From assembly GCA_050014835.1 (NCBI GenBank), contig JBEKCO010000010.1:2927-66926 (forward strand): a stretch of 64,000 bases of DNA, read 5' to 3'. The notes beneath the pieces were generated by a model. That model was not told the DNA's origin and searched no databases. It saw nothing but the letters and a program-made list of their open reading frames with translations. Both the position numbers and the translations under genes were made by a program. This document shows positions 39,777 to 58,489 of this stretch, piece by piece. The stretch is from Acidimicrobiales bacterium. GTDB taxonomy: Bacteria; Actinomycetota; Acidimicrobiia; Acidimicrobiales; Bog-793. How positions within the stretch are numbered: the first letter of the stretch is position 1; every line of letters starts with the position of its first letter.

Positions 39777-40417
39777 TTCGCACCGCCCTTCACAGCCTGA
39801 CGGATGACCACGAGCCCGCCGCGGGGCCCGGGCACGGCCCCTTTCACGAGGACGATCTCGCGCTCGGCGTCGGCCTCGACGACCTCGAGGTTGAGCGTCG
39901 TCACGCGCTCGGCACCCATTCGGCCGGCCATGCGGGTGCCCTTGAACACGCGCGCCGGGGTGGCGCAGGCACCGATGGAGCCGGGGGCGCGGTGCTTCTT
40001 GTGGTTGCCGTGGGCGCCGCCCTGGCCCGAGAAGTTGTGGCGCTTCATGCTGCCGGCAAAGCCCTTGCCCTTCGAGATCGCCGTGACGTCGACCTTCTCG
40101 CCCGCGGCGAGGATCCCGAGATCGATCTGCTGGCCGACGGCGTAACCGTCGGTGTCGTCGACGCGGAGCTCGACGAGGCGCCGGCCGCCGTCGACGCCCG
40201 CCTTGGCAAAGTGCCCGGCCTCCGGCTTGTTGATCGACCCGGGCCGCTTGAAGCCGTACGTGACCTGCAGCGCCGAGTAGCCCTCGCGTTCGGGGGTCTT
40301 CACCTGGACGACGCGCAAGGGCGCGACCTTCACGACGGTGACGGGGACCGCCCGGTTCTCGGCGTCGAAGATCTGGGTCATCCCGACCTTCTCGCCGACG
40401 ACCGCTTTCAGTGTCAT
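39773..40417 (-). CDS. rplC: 50S ribosomal protein L3
   Basis: Internal ATG at 40417 (GGAGAAG upstream) gives MTLKAVVGEKVGMTQIFDAENRAVPVTVVKVAPLRVVQVKTPEREGYSALQV... (214 aa). Confidence 0.93.
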   Translation of the reverse strand: MTLKAVVGEKVGMTQIFDAENRAVPVTVVKVAPLRVVQVKTPEREGYSALQVTYGFKRPGSINKPEAGHFAKAGVDGGRRLVELRVDDTDGYAVGQQIDLGILAAGEKVDVTAISKGKGFAGSMKRHNFSGQGGAHGNHKKHRAPGSIGACATPARVFKGTRMAGRMGAERVTTLNLEVVEADAEREIVLVKGAVPGPRGGLVVIRQAVKGGAK

Positions 40418-40533
40418 CGTCGTTCCGCTTCTCCGTGCCGGCCCGTCTCCGGGCCCTTTGTGGCCCCGCTGCCCGCGGCAAAACCGCGGACACCGGGCTC
40501 GACGGGGCGAACACACCACCCCTTCTCACGCGG

Positions 40534-40562
40534 GCGCTCCGCCCGGTGACCGGGCGGAGCGC
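40534..40562 (-). promoter_or_regulatory. perfect 13-bp stem / 3-nt loop hairpin inside the 262-nt rpsJ-rplC spacer (function unknown)
   Basis: gcgctccgcccgg-tga-ccgggcggagcgc has arms that are exact reverse complements. A second 6-bp hairpin, ccgcgg-caaaa-ccgcgg, lies at 40473-40489. Confidence 0.5.
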
Positions 40563-40679
40563 AGATCATTTCTGCCAGGCGGTCCCCCGACGCGCGAGCG
40601 ACGGGGCACGCTCGGACTTCGTCCTCACAGCCCGCCGGGACCTGCCCGGCAAGGCAAGGATCATACCACCAGCAGGTTT

Positions 40680-40994
40680 CTAAGCCTGCTGGATCTTGAT
40701 CTCGATGTCGACCCCGGCGGGCAGGTCGAGCCGCTGGAGGGAGTCGACGGTCTTCGGGCCGTGCTCCACGATGTCGACGAGCCGCTTGTGAATGCGCATC
40801 TCGAAGTGCTCGCGGCTGTCCTTGTGCTTGTGCGGCGAGCGCACGACCGTGTAGCGGTGACGTTCGGTCGGCAGCGGGATCGGGCCGCGCACCTTCGCCT
40901 GGGTGCGGAGCACCGTCTCGACGATCTTCTTCGTCGACTGGTCGACCACCTCGTGGTCGTAGGCCTTGAGCCGGATGCGGATCCGCTGCGCCAC
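40680..40994 (-). CDS. rpsJ: 30S ribosomal protein S10
   Basis: 104 aa: (M)[70 protein letters not shown]... The GTG start lies 7 nt after the tuf stop. Confidence 0.95.
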   Translation of the reverse strand: MAQRIRIRLKAYDHEVVDQSTKKIVETVLRTQAKVRGPIPLPTERHRYTVVRSPHKHKDSREHFEMRIHKRLVDIVEHGPKTVDSLQRLDLPAGVDIEIKIQQA

Positions 40995-41001
40995 GCGTCG
41001 C

Positions 41002-42189
<1,188 letters not shown>

Positions 42190-42358
42190 TGGTGCCGACA
42201 GCTCCGTCTGCTCTGGGCAGCGCCCCTCGGCCCTGCCGTTACCTGACTGCGTTGAACCTGCCGGGCTTGTCCGCCCGCTTGCTGCACACCCCCGTCGCCT
42301 CGGGCACCCTAACGCCGACCGGACGGGTCGGCACCGGATTGTCCAAGGTTCCGGGGCC

Positions 42359-44455
42359 TCACTCCCCCGTCGCCCGGGCGACGATCTCCCGGGCGATCGA
42401 CTCGGGAACTTCCTGGTAGGAGTTGAACTGCATCGTGAACGTCGCGCGACCCTGAGTGCGAGAACGCAGGTCGGTAGCGTAGCCGAACATGTCCGACAAT
42501 GGAACCTGCGCCCGGATCACCTGACTCGTCCCGCGCTGCTCCATCCCCTCGACCTTGCCGCGGCGCGCGGACAGGTCGCCGATCACGTCGCCCATGTGCT
42601 CCTCGGGCGTGACGACCTCGACGGCCATGATCGGTTCGAGGATGACCGTGTGCGCCCTGCGGGCCGCCTTCTTCCAGGCGAGCGAGCCGGCAATCTTGAA
42701 CGCCATCTCGGACGAGTCCACTTCGTGGTACGAGCCGTAGGTGAGGGTGACGCGCTGGTCGACGGCCGGGAAGCCGGCGAGCACGCCGGACTCCATCGCC
42801 TCGCGGATCCCGTGGTCGACCGCGGGGATGAACTCCTTCGGGATCACCCCGCCGGTGATCTTGTCGACGAACTCGTAGCCGCCTGCGGGCCCCGTCGGCT
42901 CGAGGTCGATGACGACGTGGGCGTACTGCCCGTGGCCGCCGGTCTGGCGGACGTAGCGCTCCTCGACCTTGTGGACCTTGTGCCGGATCGTCTCGCGGTA
43001 GGCGACCTGCGGCTTGCCGACGTGGGCGTCGACGTTGAACTCGCGCAGCATCCGGTCGACGAGCACCTCGAGGTGCAGTTCGCCCATGCCGGAGATCACC
43101 GTCTGGCCTGTCTCCTCGTCGGTGCGGACGCGGAACGTCGGGTCCTCCTCGGAGAGGGCGAAGAGGGCCTTGCCGAGCTTGTCCTGGTCGGACTTCGTCT
43201 TCGGCTCGACGGCGACGTGGACGACGGGCTCCGGGAACGTGAGCGTCTCGAGCACGATCGGGTGGGCGGGGTCGCACAGGGTGTCGCCGGTGGTCGTCGT
43301 CTTCAGGCCGACGACGGCAACGATGTCGCCGGCGTAGATCGAGTCGCGGTCCTCGCGGTGGTTGGCGTGCATCTCGAGGATCCGGCCGATGCGCTCGCGC
43401 TTGTCCTTCGTCGAGTTGAGCACGGCCGAGCCCTTCGTGAGCGAGCCCGAGTAGACGCGCAGGTAGGTGAGCTTGCCGACGAACGGGTCGCTCTGGATCT
43501 TGAAGGCGAGCGCCGAGAACCTCTCGTCGTCGGCGGGGCGGCGTTCGATCACCTCGTCGCCGCGCAGGCTGCGGCCGATCGTCGGGGGAACGTCGAGCGG
43601 GCTCGGCAGGTAGTCGACGACGGCGTCGAGCAGCGGCTGGATGCCCTTGTTCTTGAAGGCCGAGCCGCAGAGCACCGGCACGATGTGGCCGGAGATCGTG
43701 CCGACGCGCAGCGCTCGCCGCAGGTCGTCGGCGGTGATCTCCTGCTCGTGGACGTACTTCGCCATCACCGTGTCGTCGTAGTGCGACATCACGTCGACGA
43801 GGTCGTGGCGCGCCGCCTCGGCGGGGGCGACGAGCTCGGAGGGGATCTCCTCCTCGCTCCAGACCTCGCCCTTGCCGGAGTCGTCCCAGACGAGGGCCCG
43901 CCGCGCGATCACGTCGACGACCCCGCGGAACAACGACTCCGCGCCGAGCGCCAGCTCGGTGACGGCAGGGATCGCGTCGAGCCGGTCCCGGATCATCTCG
44001 ACGGTGCGGGGGAAGTCCGCGCCGACGCGGTCCATCTTGTTCACGAAGCAGATGCGCGGGACGTTGTACTTGTCCGCCTGGCGCCAGACCGTCTCGGTCT
44101 GGGGCTCGACGCCCGCCACCGCGTCGAAGACGGCGACCGCGCCGTCGAGGATGCGCAGCGAGCGCTCGACCTCGACGGTGAAGTCGACGTGCCCCGGCGT
44201 GTCGATGATGTTCACGGCGCAATCCCGCCAGTGGGCCGTCGTCGCCGCCGAGGTGATCGTGATGCCGCGCTCCTGCTCCTGGATCATCCAGTCCATCGTG
44301 GCGGCGCCGTCGTGGACCTCGCCGATCTTGTAGTTGCGGCCTGTGTAGTAAAGGATCCGCTCGGTCGCCGTGGTCTTGCCCGCGTCGATGTGGGCCATGA
44401 TCCCGATGTTGCGGACGTTGGCAAGGGGGGTCGTGCGGGGTGCGGGGATCGCCAT
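42359..44455 (-). CDS. fusA: elongation factor G
   Basis: 698 aa: ...[26 protein letters not shown]...[20 protein letters not shown]... Confidence 0.97.
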   Translation of the reverse strand: MAIPAPRTTPLANVRNIGIMAHIDAGKTTATERILYYTGRNYKIGEVHDGAATMDWMIQEQERGITITSAATTAHWRDCAVNIIDTPGHVDFTVEVERSLRILDGAVAVFDAVAGVEPQTETVWRQADKYNVPRICFVNKMDRVGADFPRTVEMIRDRLDAIPAVTELALGAESLFRGVVDVIARRALVWDDSGKGEVWSEEEIPSELVAPAEAARHDLVDVMSHYDDTVMAKYVHEQEITADDLRRALRVGTISGHIVPVLCGSAFKNKGIQPLLDAVVDYLPSPLDVPPTIGRSLRGDEVIERRPADDERFSALAFKIQSDPFVGKLTYLRVYSGSLTKGSAVLNSTKDKRERIGRILEMHANHREDRDSIYAGDIVAVVGLKTTTTGDTLCDPAHPIVLETLTFPEPVVHVAVEPKTKSDQDKLGKALFALSEEDPTFRVRTDEETGQTVISGMGELHLEVLVDRMLREFNVDAHVGKPQVAYRETIRHKVHKVEERYVRQTGGHGQYAHVVIDLEPTGPAGGYEFVDKITGGVIPKEFIPAVDHGIREAMESGVLAGFPAVDQRVTLTYGSYHEVDSSEMAFKIAGSLAWKKAARRAHTVILEPIMAVEVVTPEEHMGDVIGDLSARRGKVEGMEQRGTSQVIRAQVPLSDMFGYATDLRSRTQGRATFTMQFNSYQEVPESIAREIVARATGE

Positions 44456-44553
44456 GGGCTCGTCTTCTCGTGACTGCGTGAACGGCTACCTATAAGAGTA
44501 CGGGGCGCGCGGGATCGTGCGGTGCGAATGCCCCCCGGCGTGCCCTCGCCGGG

Positions 44554-45024
44554 CTACCAGCGGTAGTGGGCGAAGGCTCGGTTCGATTCCGCCATCTTGT
44601 GGATGTCCTCGCGGCGCTTCACCGCGGCACCGAGGCCGTTGGCGGCGTCGAGGATCTCGTTGGCGAGCTTCAGCGCCATCGTCCGGTCGCGGCGCTGGCG
44701 GGCGTAGCTCACGATCCAGCGGATCGAGAGCGTCGTCGCCCGGCGCGGGCGGACCTCGACGGGTACCTGGTAGGTCGTCCCACCGACCCGGCGGGAGCGG
44801 ACCTCGAGCTCGGGACGGGTGTTGTCGAGGGCGCGCTTCAGCGTGGCGAGCGCGTCGCCGGCGGTCCGCTCGCCGACGACGGTCAGCGCGTCGTAGACGA
44901 TCTGCTGGGCGAGGGTTCGCTTGCCCCGGGAGAGCACCTGGTTCGTGAGCTGCGTGACGAGCACGGACCGGTAGACCGGGTCTGGCTGGAGCTCGCGACG
45001 CGGGGCCGGCCCACTGCGCGGCAT
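44554..45024 (-). CDS. rpsG: 30S ribosomal protein S7
   Basis: The ATG at 45024 shares 1 nt with the rpsL TGA. It gives [47 protein letters not shown]... (156 aa). Confidence 0.95.
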   Translation of the reverse strand: MPRSGPAPRRELQPDPVYRSVLVTQLTNQVLSRGKRTLAQQIVYDALTVVGERTAGDALATLKRALDNTRPELEVRSRRVGGTTYQVPVEVRPRRATTLSIRWIVSYARQRRDRTMALKLANEILDAANGLGAAVKRREDIHKMAESNRAFAHYRW

Positions 45025-45395
45025 CAGGCTTCCTTCTTCGCGCCGTAGCGGCTGCGGGCCTGCGCCCGGTCGCGCACGCCCGAGGTGTCGAGCGTGCCGC
45101 GCACGATCTTGTAGCGCACGCCCGGGAGGTCCTTCACCCGGCCGCCGCGCACGAGCACGATCGAGTGCTCCTGGAGGTTGTGGCCGACCCCGGGGATGTA
45201 CGCCGTGACCTCGACGCCGCTCGTCAGGCGCACGCGGGCGACCTTGCGCAGCGCGGAGTTCGGCTTCTTCGGGGTCGTCGTGTAGACGCGCGTGCACACG
45301 CCGCGCCGCTGGGGCGCGCCCTTCAGGGCGGGCGTCTTGGTCTTCGACCGCTTCGACTCCCGTCCGCTCCTCACGAGCTGGGCGATGGTGGGCAC
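45024..45395 (-). CDS. rpsL: 30S ribosomal protein S12
   Basis: GTG at 45395 gives [57 protein letters not shown]... (123 aa). Confidence 0.95.
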   Translation of the reverse strand: MPTIAQLVRSGRESKRSKTKTPALKGAPQRRGVCTRVYTTTPKKPNSALRKVARVRLTSGVEVTAYIPGVGHNLQEHSIVLVRGGRVKDLPGVRYKIVRGTLDTSGVRDRAQARSRYGAKKEA

Positions 45396-45466
45396 GCGCT
45401 TCCTCTCAGGTGTTTCGTAGGAGAACCGCCGGATGGACGCGAGCGCCCAGTTCAGACGGCATGTGA

Positions 45467-45495
45467 ATACTAGATGCGCGGTACGCGGCACGCAA
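45467..45495 (-). promoter_or_regulatory. candidate sigma-A-type promoter for rpsL-rpsG-fusA-tuf
   Basis: The minus strand reads TTGCGT, then a 17-nt spacer, then TAGTAT, in the only low-GC patch between rpoC and rpsL, about 70 nt upstream of the rpsL GTG. This is a pattern match only. Confidence 0.35.
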
Positions 45496-45551
45496 CGCGA
45501 TAAGACCTGCTCGGTTTCTCGCGCCGGCGCGTCACCGGCGATGGCGTCGGC

Positions 45552-53154
<7,603 letters not shown>

Positions 53155-53340
53155 GGGCTACTCCTCGCGAGAGCGGGTCAAGCTGGGCAACGATCGGTGA
53201 CTGCGCCGGGGGCGCGCTTCACCGGACGGCTGAATCTGAAGCGCGACAGACGAGCACGACAGAACACAGCATAGGCGCGCGACAACAAAAAGGACAACGC
53301 GCTCGCGCGCGAGCCCACGCGGCAGGGTACGGGACGCGAG

Positions 53341-53365
53341 GGGCGGGGTCAAGGTGTCCCCGCCC
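53341..53365 (-). terminator. GC hairpin downstream of rplL (candidate rplL-rpoB attenuator)
   Basis: GGGCGGGG-acaccttga-CCCCGCCC on the minus strand is an 8-bp perfect stem, about 43 nt after the rplL stop. No U-tract. A partial terminator at this position is known in other bacteria. Confidence 0.35.
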
Positions 53366-53407
53366 GGGAGCACCGGCGGCGACGCCCCCGGCCCTCCCGA
53401 CCAGCAC

Positions 53408-53797
53408 CTACTTCAGCTGGACCGTCGCGCCAGCGCCCTCGAGCTGCGCCTTTGCCTTCTCGGCGTCCTCTTTCGAGACCTTCTCCAGGACCGGCTTCGG
53501 AGCCGCGTCGACCAGGTCCTTCGCCTCTTTGAGGCCGAGGCTCGTGAGGGCGCGCACTTCCTTGATGACCTGGATTTTCTTCTCGCCTGCCGCGACGAGG
53601 ATCACGTCGAACTCGTCCTGCTCCTCGACCTCGGGCTCCCCGCCGGCCGCCCCGCCGCCGGCCGCGGGCGCGGCCGCCACCGCCACCGGTGCCGCCGCGG
53701 TCACGCCGAACCGCTCTTCGAACTCCTTTAGCAGGTCAGCGAGCTCGAGGACCGTCATCTTCGAGATCTCGTCGAGGATGCTCTGTTTCGTCGCCAT
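53408..53797 (-). CDS. rplL: 50S ribosomal protein L7/L12
   Basis: Internal ATG at 53797 gives [48 protein letters not shown]...[25 protein letters not shown]... (129 aa). Confidence 0.95.
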   Translation of the reverse strand: MATKQSILDEISKMTVLELADLLKEFEERFGVTAAAPVAVAAAPAAGGGAAGGEPEVEEQDEFDVILVAAGEKKIQVIKEVRALTSLGLKEAKDLVDAAPKPVLEKVSKEDAEKAKAQLEGAGATVQLK

Positions 53798-53843
53798 CGT
53801 GATTCCCTTCCCTATTCGATCTTGTACGACTGGTTGACCGGCC

Positions 53844-54566
53844 TCACTCGCCGGCGGTGTCGGACCCTTCCGGACCGGCCGGTTCGCCGGCGGACCCCTC
53901 CTCAGGGGCCGCCTCGTCGGCCACGACCGGTTCGCTGGCGGACCCGGACACGTCGGCCACGGCCTCCGGCTCGCTGACCTCGGGTTCCGCGACGTCGGTC
54001 TCCTCCGGGGCGGGCGGAGCGGCCGGCTCGACGCCGCCACGCTGCTCGATCAGCGCGGCGAGCCCGTAGGCGAACTTCCGGGGGAGCGCCCCGAGCAGAC
54101 CGGCGAACGCCTGCAGCGGCGCGGCGAACGCGGCGACGATCTGGGCGAGCAGGACGTCGCGGGAGGGCAGGTCGGCGAGCGCCGAGGTCTGGGCCGCGTC
54201 GAAGAGCCCGCCCCCGACGAGCGCCCCCTTGACGACGAGCTTCGGGTTCGTGCGCGCGAACTCCTTCAGCGCCTTGGCGACCGAGGAGACGTCACCGGTC
54301 ACGAAGGCGAGGGCCGTCGGGCCATCCAGCAGGTCGTCGAGCGATTCGAGCCCGTTCTCGTGCGCGGCCCGGCGGACGAGGGTGTTCTTGTAGACCTTGT
54401 ACTCGCCCCCGGCGGCGACCAGCGCCCGCCGCAGGACCTGGATCTGGGCGACCGACAGGCCCCGGTACTCGGTGATGATCGTCGCCGCGGCGCTGTTCAG
54501 ACGGCTTCGAACGTCGTCGACGACCGCGACCTTCTCCGGCCGTGGCGTGCGCAGCTCAGTCTCCAC
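53844..54566 (-). CDS. rplJ: 50S ribosomal protein L10 (with a roughly 60-aa acidic C-terminal tail)
   Basis: 240 aa, GTG start with GAGGGAG upstream: ...[40 protein letters not shown]... The tail is ...[61 protein letters not shown]. Confidence 0.9.
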   Translation of the reverse strand: METELRTPRPEKVAVVDDVRSRLNSAAATIITEYRGLSVAQIQVLRRALVAAGGEYKVYKNTLVRRAAHENGLESLDDLLDGPTALAFVTGDVSSVAKALKEFARTNPKLVVKGALVGGGLFDAAQTSALADLPSRDVLLAQIVAAFAAPLQAFAGLLGALPRKFAYGLAALIEQRGGVEPAAPPAPEETDVAEPEVSEPEAVADVSGSASEPVVADEAAPEEGSAGEPAGPEGSDTAGE

Positions 54567-54752
54567 GTTCGCTCCCTCTCATGGCCGGTCCTTCGGCGCG
54601 GCGCCGGGCGGCGAGACGGGGAAGCGGTGGAACGCTTGCCTCGTCAGGCGGGCTCTCGCCCTTTACGCGCCTCGGCGCACCGGATTTCTCAGGCTCGTGC
54701 GGGCTCACGCCCGCTTGTCGGCAAACAGGTTACACGGCCCGCCGCGGCCCCA
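54567..54752 (-). promoter_or_regulatory. structured rplJ-rplL leader (candidate L10-leader autoregulatory RNA)
   Basis: A 186-nt untranslated gap between rplA and rplJ contains GC hairpins, for example GCGGGC-gtga-GCCCGC at 54699-54714 on the minus strand. The call rests on position and the known L10(L12)4 autoregulation; no covariance model was run. Confidence 0.3.
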
Positions 54753-55478
54753 CTACGCCGTGACGACGAGATCCTCGTCGGTGATCCGGATCCGGCTCGT
54801 GTCGATCGGCACCCCGGGGCCCATCGTGGAGGCGAGCGTCACCGAACGCACGTACTTCCCCTTCGCGGTCGCCGGCTTGACGCGCTGCAGCTCGTCGAGC
54901 ACCGCCCGCACGTTCTCGAGCAGCTGGGTCCGGTCGAACGACGCCTTGCCGACCCGGAGGTTGACGTTCCCGGTCCGGTCGGTCCGGTACTCGACGCGAC
55001 CGGAGCGGAACTCGGCGACCGCCGCGGCGACCTCGGTCGTCACCGTCCCGGTCTTCGGGTTCGGCATGAGACCCCGCGGCCCGAGCACGCGCCCGAGCCG
55101 CCCGACCTGCGACATGAGATCGGGTGTCGCGATCGCGACGTCGAAGTCGAGGAAGCCCTCCTTCTCTACCCGGGCGATCAGGTCGTCGGCCCCGACGAAG
55201 TCGGCGCCCGCCGTCCGCGCCGCCGCGGCGGCCTCGCCGGCGGCGAACACGGCGACCCGGACCTTGCGACCGGTCCCCGCGGGCAGGGTCAGCGAGCCGC
55301 GCACGATCTGTTCGGCACGGCGCGGGTCGACCCCGAGCCGCACGGCGAGCTCGATCGTCTCGTCGAACTTCGCCTTCGCGAGGCTCTTCACGAGATCGAC
55401 CGCCTCCGCAGGCGAGTAGAGCCGCTCACGGTTCAGCCGCTTCAGTGCGTCGAGGTACCGCTTGCCCTTGTTCGACAT
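54753..55478 (-). CDS. rplA: 50S ribosomal protein L1
   Basis: Internal ATG at 55478 gives MSNKGKRYLDALKRLNRERLYSPAEAVDLVKSLAKAKFDETIELAVRLGVDPRRAEQIVRGS... (241 aa). Confidence 0.93.
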   Translation of the reverse strand: MSNKGKRYLDALKRLNRERLYSPAEAVDLVKSLAKAKFDETIELAVRLGVDPRRAEQIVRGSLTLPAGTGRKVRVAVFAAGEAAAAARTAGADFVGADDLIARVEKEGFLDFDVAIATPDLMSQVGRLGRVLGPRGLMPNPKTGTVTTEVAAAVAEFRSGRVEYRTDRTGNVNLRVGKASFDRTQLLENVRAVLDELQRVKPATAKGKYVRSVTLASTMGPGVPIDTSRIRITDEDLVVTA

Positions 55479-55515
55479 GGTTCGTCCTCTGTCTGTCTGT
55501 GTCGTGCGCGCCCGC

Positions 55516-55944
55516 TCAACGCGCGACGCTGATGCCCATCGATCGCGCCGTGCCCTCGACCTGCCTCTTGGCGGCCTCGAGGTCGTTCGCGTTGAGGTCG
55601 GGGAGCTTCGTCTTGGCGATCGCGGCGAGCTGCTCGTCGGTGATCGTCCCGAGCTGCTCCCGCCCGGCGAGGCCGGTCCCCTTCTCGAGCCCGGCCGCTT
55701 CACGCAGCAGCACCGGCGTCGGCGGGGTCTTCAGGATGAAGCTGAACGTGCGGTCCTCGTAGATCGTGATCTCGACGGGGATGATCGTCCCCCGCATCGG
55801 CTCGGTCGCCGCGTTGTATTGCTTGCAGAATTCCATCGTCTGGACTCCGTGCGGGCCGAGCGCCGTCCCGACCGGGGGCGCGGGCGTCGCCGCCCCCGCG
55901 GGGAGCTGGATCTTGACGACGGCGGTGACACGCCTGCGGGCCAT
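55516..55944 (-). CDS. rplK: 50S ribosomal protein L11
   Basis: 142 aa: ...[39 protein letters not shown]... Confidence 0.95.
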   Translation of the reverse strand: MARRRVTAVVKIQLPAGAATPAPPVGTALGPHGVQTMEFCKQYNAATEPMRGTIIPVEITIYEDRTFSFILKTPPTPVLLREAAGLEKGTGLAGREQLGTITDEQLAAIAKTKLPDLNANDLEAAKRQVEGTARSMGISVAR

Positions 55945-55971
55945 GGGACGATCTTTCCTCTCGCTGCGAAT

Positions 55972-56775
55972 CTAGAGCTTCGCGACTTGACTGAATTCCA
56001 GCTCGACGGGCGTCTCGCGCCCGAAGATGTTGACGAGGACCTTCAGCTTCAGCTGGTCCTCGTTGATCTCGGCGACCTCGCCCGTGAAGTCGGCGAACGG
56101 CCCCTCCTTCACGCGCACCGTCTCGCCGACTTCGTGCTCGAGGCGGGGCCGGCGCGCCCGCGGGGCCTCGGCGCCTTCCTCCGGGACCTGGAGAATGCCA
56201 TCGACCTCGGAGCGCGACAACGGCGTCGGCTTCGTCCCGGGACCGACGAAGCTCGTTACGCCCGGCGTCTGCCGGATGACTGACCAGGAGTCGTCGTCGA
56301 GCTCGCACCGGCAGAGCAGGTAGCCGGGGAAGACCTTCCGCTGGACGGTGACCTTCTTGCCACCCTTGAACTCGACGACCTCCTCCATCGGGATGACGAC
56401 CTCGTAGATGCGCTCCTCCATGTTCATCGACGCGATCCGGCTCTCGAGGTTCGACTTCACCTTGTTCTCGTAGCCGGCGTAGGTGTGGACGACGAACCAT
56501 TCACCGGGTCGGTCGAAGGGACTGGGCGCGCGAGGCGGCTCGATCTCGACGAACTCCTCGGGCTCGTCGTCGGCCGGCTCGGCAGCGGTCCCCTGCTCCC
56601 CGGCCACGGGGCCGGATTCGGCGGTTTCGCCGACGGGCGCGACGACCTCGGAGTCCCCATGCGGCGTCGTGCCGACCGCGGGCGCAGGGGCGGGTTCCGC
56701 CACGTCGGGCGCCTCCGTCGGGTCCGGCGCGTCCAGCGCTGCGTCCTCGTTGTATCCGTCGGTCGTCATCGCCAT
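55972..56775 (-). CDS. nusG: transcription termination/antitermination factor NusG (acidic N-terminal extension)
   Basis: NGN/KOW core: ...[51 protein letters not shown]...[51 protein letters not shown]. The start is uncertain: ATG 56775 (chosen), ATG 56769 or GTG 56832. Confidence 0.9.
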   Translation of the reverse strand: MAMTTDGYNEDAALDAPDPTEAPDVAEPAPAPAVGTTPHGDSEVVAPVGETAESGPVAGEQGTAAEPADDEPEEFVEIEPPRAPSPFDRPGEWFVVHTYAGYENKVKSNLESRIASMNMEERIYEVVIPMEEVVEFKGGKKVTVQRKVFPGYLLCRCELDDDSWSVIRQTPGVTSFVGPGTKPTPLSRSEVDGILQVPEEGAEAPRARRPRLEHEVGETVRVKEGPFADFTGEVAEINEDQLKLKVLVNIFGRETPVELEFSQVAKL

Positions 56776-56890
56776 CGTCGCCTGTCGCTTGCTCGTCTCA
56801 CCCGCACCCGGGCCTCGCCATCTCGTCGTCACCGATCATCTTGACCCGGTCCTTGCCGCCGGCGCGGCCATAACCCACGTCCGCCGGGCC

Positions 56891-57205
56891 TCACCGGAGG
56901 AACAGGTGGATCACGCCCCGCGCGAAGACGTAGTTCAGCCCGAAGATCAGCAGTGCGATGAAGACGAGCGTCGTCAGCACGACGGTCGAGTAGGTCACAA
57001 CCTCTTCCCGTCGCGGCCAGAGGACCTTCGACAGCTCGGAACGAACCTCCCTCAGGTACGTGCCGACCCGCTGGGCGATCCCGGGACGCTCGCGTTCGGG
57101 CGCCCGCCGCGCCGCCCCCGTCGACGGGGCGCGCCGCGCCGCCGGCGCCCCATCGGCTCCGAGTTGCCCCTGTCGCTGGAGGAGCCGCCTCGTCTCTCTG
57201 TTCAC
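56891..57205 (-). CDS. secE: preprotein translocase subunit SecE
   Basis: 104 aa with a basic N-terminus and a single C-terminal TM (VVTYSTVVLTTLVFIALLIFGLNYVF). Lies in the canonical tRNA-Trp-secE-nusG position. Confidence 0.85.
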   Translation of the reverse strand: MNRETRRLLQRQGQLGADGAPAARRAPSTGAARRAPERERPGIAQRVGTYLREVRSELSKVLWPRREEVVTYSTVVLTTLVFIALLIFGLNYVFARGVIHLFLR

Positions 57206-57233
57206 GTCATCGTCCTCGGGTCTGGCTGGTGAG

Positions 57234-57306
57234 CAGGGCAGGAGGGACTCGAACCCCCAACCGCCGGTTTTGGAGACCGGTGCTCTGCCAATTGAGCTAC
57301 TGCCCT
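57234..57306 (-). tRNA. trnW: tRNA-Trp (anticodon CCA)
   Basis: Reverse complement: AGGGCAGTAGCTCAATTGGCAGAGCACCGGTCTCCAAAACCGGCGGTTGGGGGTTCGAGTCCCTCCTGCCCTG. Acceptor AGGGCAG/CTGCCCT, anticodon loop CTCCAAA, T-loop TTCGAGT. No encoded 3' CCA. Confidence 0.9.
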
Positions 57307-57490
57307 AAAAGCGTCGCACACGCTCGTACCGGCGCGTCCGTACCGCACCTCCGTGGGCCGTATGACGTTAGCACCAGGCCGTACCCGGCCATCCATCGAC
57401 GAGCACGGCGCGCGCCACGAGGCACGCCGAACCGGGCTCCAGAAATCGATGCGCCGCGACCGCCAGCTGGGCGCCGCCGCTTGCTTGCGG

Positions 57491-57655
57491 CTACCGCGTC
57501 TCTTTGTGCAGAGTGTGCTGCTTGTCGTGGGGGCAGTACTTGCGCATCTCGATGCGCTCGCGGTCGTTCTGCTTGTTCTTCGTCGTGATGTAGTTGCGGC
57601 GCTTGCACACCTCGCACTCGAGGGTGACCTTGATCCGCTTCTCGTTCTTCGCCAC
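57491..57655 (-). CDS. rpmG: 50S ribosomal protein L33
   Basis: GTG at 57655 with GAGGAG upstream gives (M)[53 protein letters not shown] (54 aa). Confidence 0.9.
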   Translation of the reverse strand: MAKNEKRIKVTLECEVCKRRNYITTKNKQNDRERIEMRKYCPHDKQHTLHKETR

Positions 57656-57737
57656 CGATCGCTCCTCGTCGTGCCCGCCGGCGCCGCCGGCGCAATACAC
57701 CCTAGGGCCTCACTCGCCCACCCGTCACCGGGGGGAC

Positions 57738-57814
57738 TGGTAGCGGCGGCCGGACTCGAACCGGCGACCCCACGATTATGAGCCGTGTGCTCTTACCAAC
57801 TGAGCTACGCCGCC
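57738..57814 (-). tRNA. trnM: tRNA-Met (anticodon CAT), elongator-like
   Basis: Reverse complement: GGCGGCGTAGCTCAGTTGGTAAGAGCACACGGCTCATAATCGTGGGGTCGCCGGTTCGAGTCCGGCCGCCGCTACCA. Anticodon loop CTCATAA, encoded CCA. The anticodon stem lacks the GGG/CCC of initiators. A lysidine-type tRNA-Ile cannot be excluded by eye. Confidence 0.85.
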
Positions 57815-57824
57815 TTCGACTGCG

Positions 57825-57897
57825 AGCCCCCTGTCGGAATCGAACCGACGACAACAGCCTTACCATGGCTGTGCTCTGCCGACTGAGCTAAGGGGGC
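57825..57897 (-). tRNA. trnT: tRNA-Thr (anticodon GGT)
   Basis: Reverse complement: GCCCCCTTAGCTCAGTCGGCAGAGCACAGCCATGGTAAGGCTGTTGTCGTCGGTTCGATTCCGACAGGGGGCT. Acceptor GCCCCCT/AGGGGGC, anticodon loop ATGGTAA. Confidence 0.9.
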
Positions 57898-58000
57898 GAC
57901 GGACCCTGTCTCGGTTCCGACGGGTCGCATCTTATCTAAGCGTGCGGCCCGCCCGTCGGTGGACTCCGACGCGCGCGGCGCGATCGGTAGTGTCGTCGGC

Positions 58001-58486
58001 GTGGAAATCCGCACGGCGCGCGTCGCTGACGCCGAGGCGATCCGTTCCATCTACAACACCGAGGTCGCCGGGTCGACGGTCACGTTCGACCTCGTCGAAC
58101 GGAGCGTCGCCGAGCACGGCGAATGGATGGCGCAGCACTCCGGCGTATACCCGCTCGTCGTCGCCGAGGTCGACTCGAGCGTCGTCGGCTTCGGCTCCCT
58201 CTCGCCCTACCGGCCCCGCCCGGCGTACTCGACGACCGTCGAGGACTCCGTCTACGTCGCGAAGGCCTTCCGCGGCCGCGGGGTCGGCAAGGCGCTCCTC
58301 TCGGAGCTCGTCGCCCGCGCCCGGACGCACGGTTTCCACTCGGTGATCGCGAGGATCGTCGGCGACCACGACGCCTCGATCGCGCTGCACCGGTCGTGCG
58401 GGTTCGAACTCGTCGGCACCGAGCGCGAGGTCGGGAGGAAGTTCGGCCGGTGGCTCGACGTCGACCTCATGCAACTGCTCCTCTAG
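58001..58486 (+). CDS. GNAT family N-acetyltransferase (phosphinothricin/MSO acetyltransferase-like)
   Basis: VEIRTARVADAEAIRSIYNTEVAGSTVTFDLVERSVAEHGEWMAQH...VYVAKAFRGRGVGKALLSELVARARTHGFHSVIARIV... The start is either GTG 58001 (chosen, typical N-terminus) or GTG 57959. Confidence 0.8.
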   Translation: MEIRTARVADAEAIRSIYNTEVAGSTVTFDLVERSVAEHGEWMAQHSGVYPLVVAEVDSSVVGFGSLSPYRPRPAYSTTVEDSVYVAKAFRGRGVGKALLSELVARARTHGFHSVIARIVGDHDASIALHRSCGFELVGTEREVGRKFGRWLDVDLMQLLL

Positions 58487-58489
58487 GCG

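Noticed and set aside
40534-40548. 15-nt identity (gcgctccgcccggtg) between the rpsJ-rplC hairpin arm and 60315-60329 in the divergent GT-C promoter region, considered as a possible REP-like dispersed element
   Set aside because: A rough estimate of chance 15-mer matches in about 64 kb of this composition, counting both strands, gives tens of expected hits. The second site does not form the same hairpin.
40590-40688. 32-aa ORF (MILALPGRSRRAVRTKSERAPSLARRGTAWQK) in the rpsJ-rplC spacer
   Set aside because: It has no convincing SD, mixed codon third positions and a basic low-complexity sequence. It is probably chance. It would need conservation or ribosome-profiling support.
57234-57897. Only tRNA-Met encodes its 3' CCA; tRNA-Trp and tRNA-Thr do not
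   Set aside because: Mixed CCA encoding is common in actinobacterial genomes. It is noted but not considered unusual.
57805-58050. 81-aa minus-strand ORF
   Set aside because: It overlaps the tRNA-Met and tRNA-Thr genes. Its reading frame is built from the tRNA sequences themselves.
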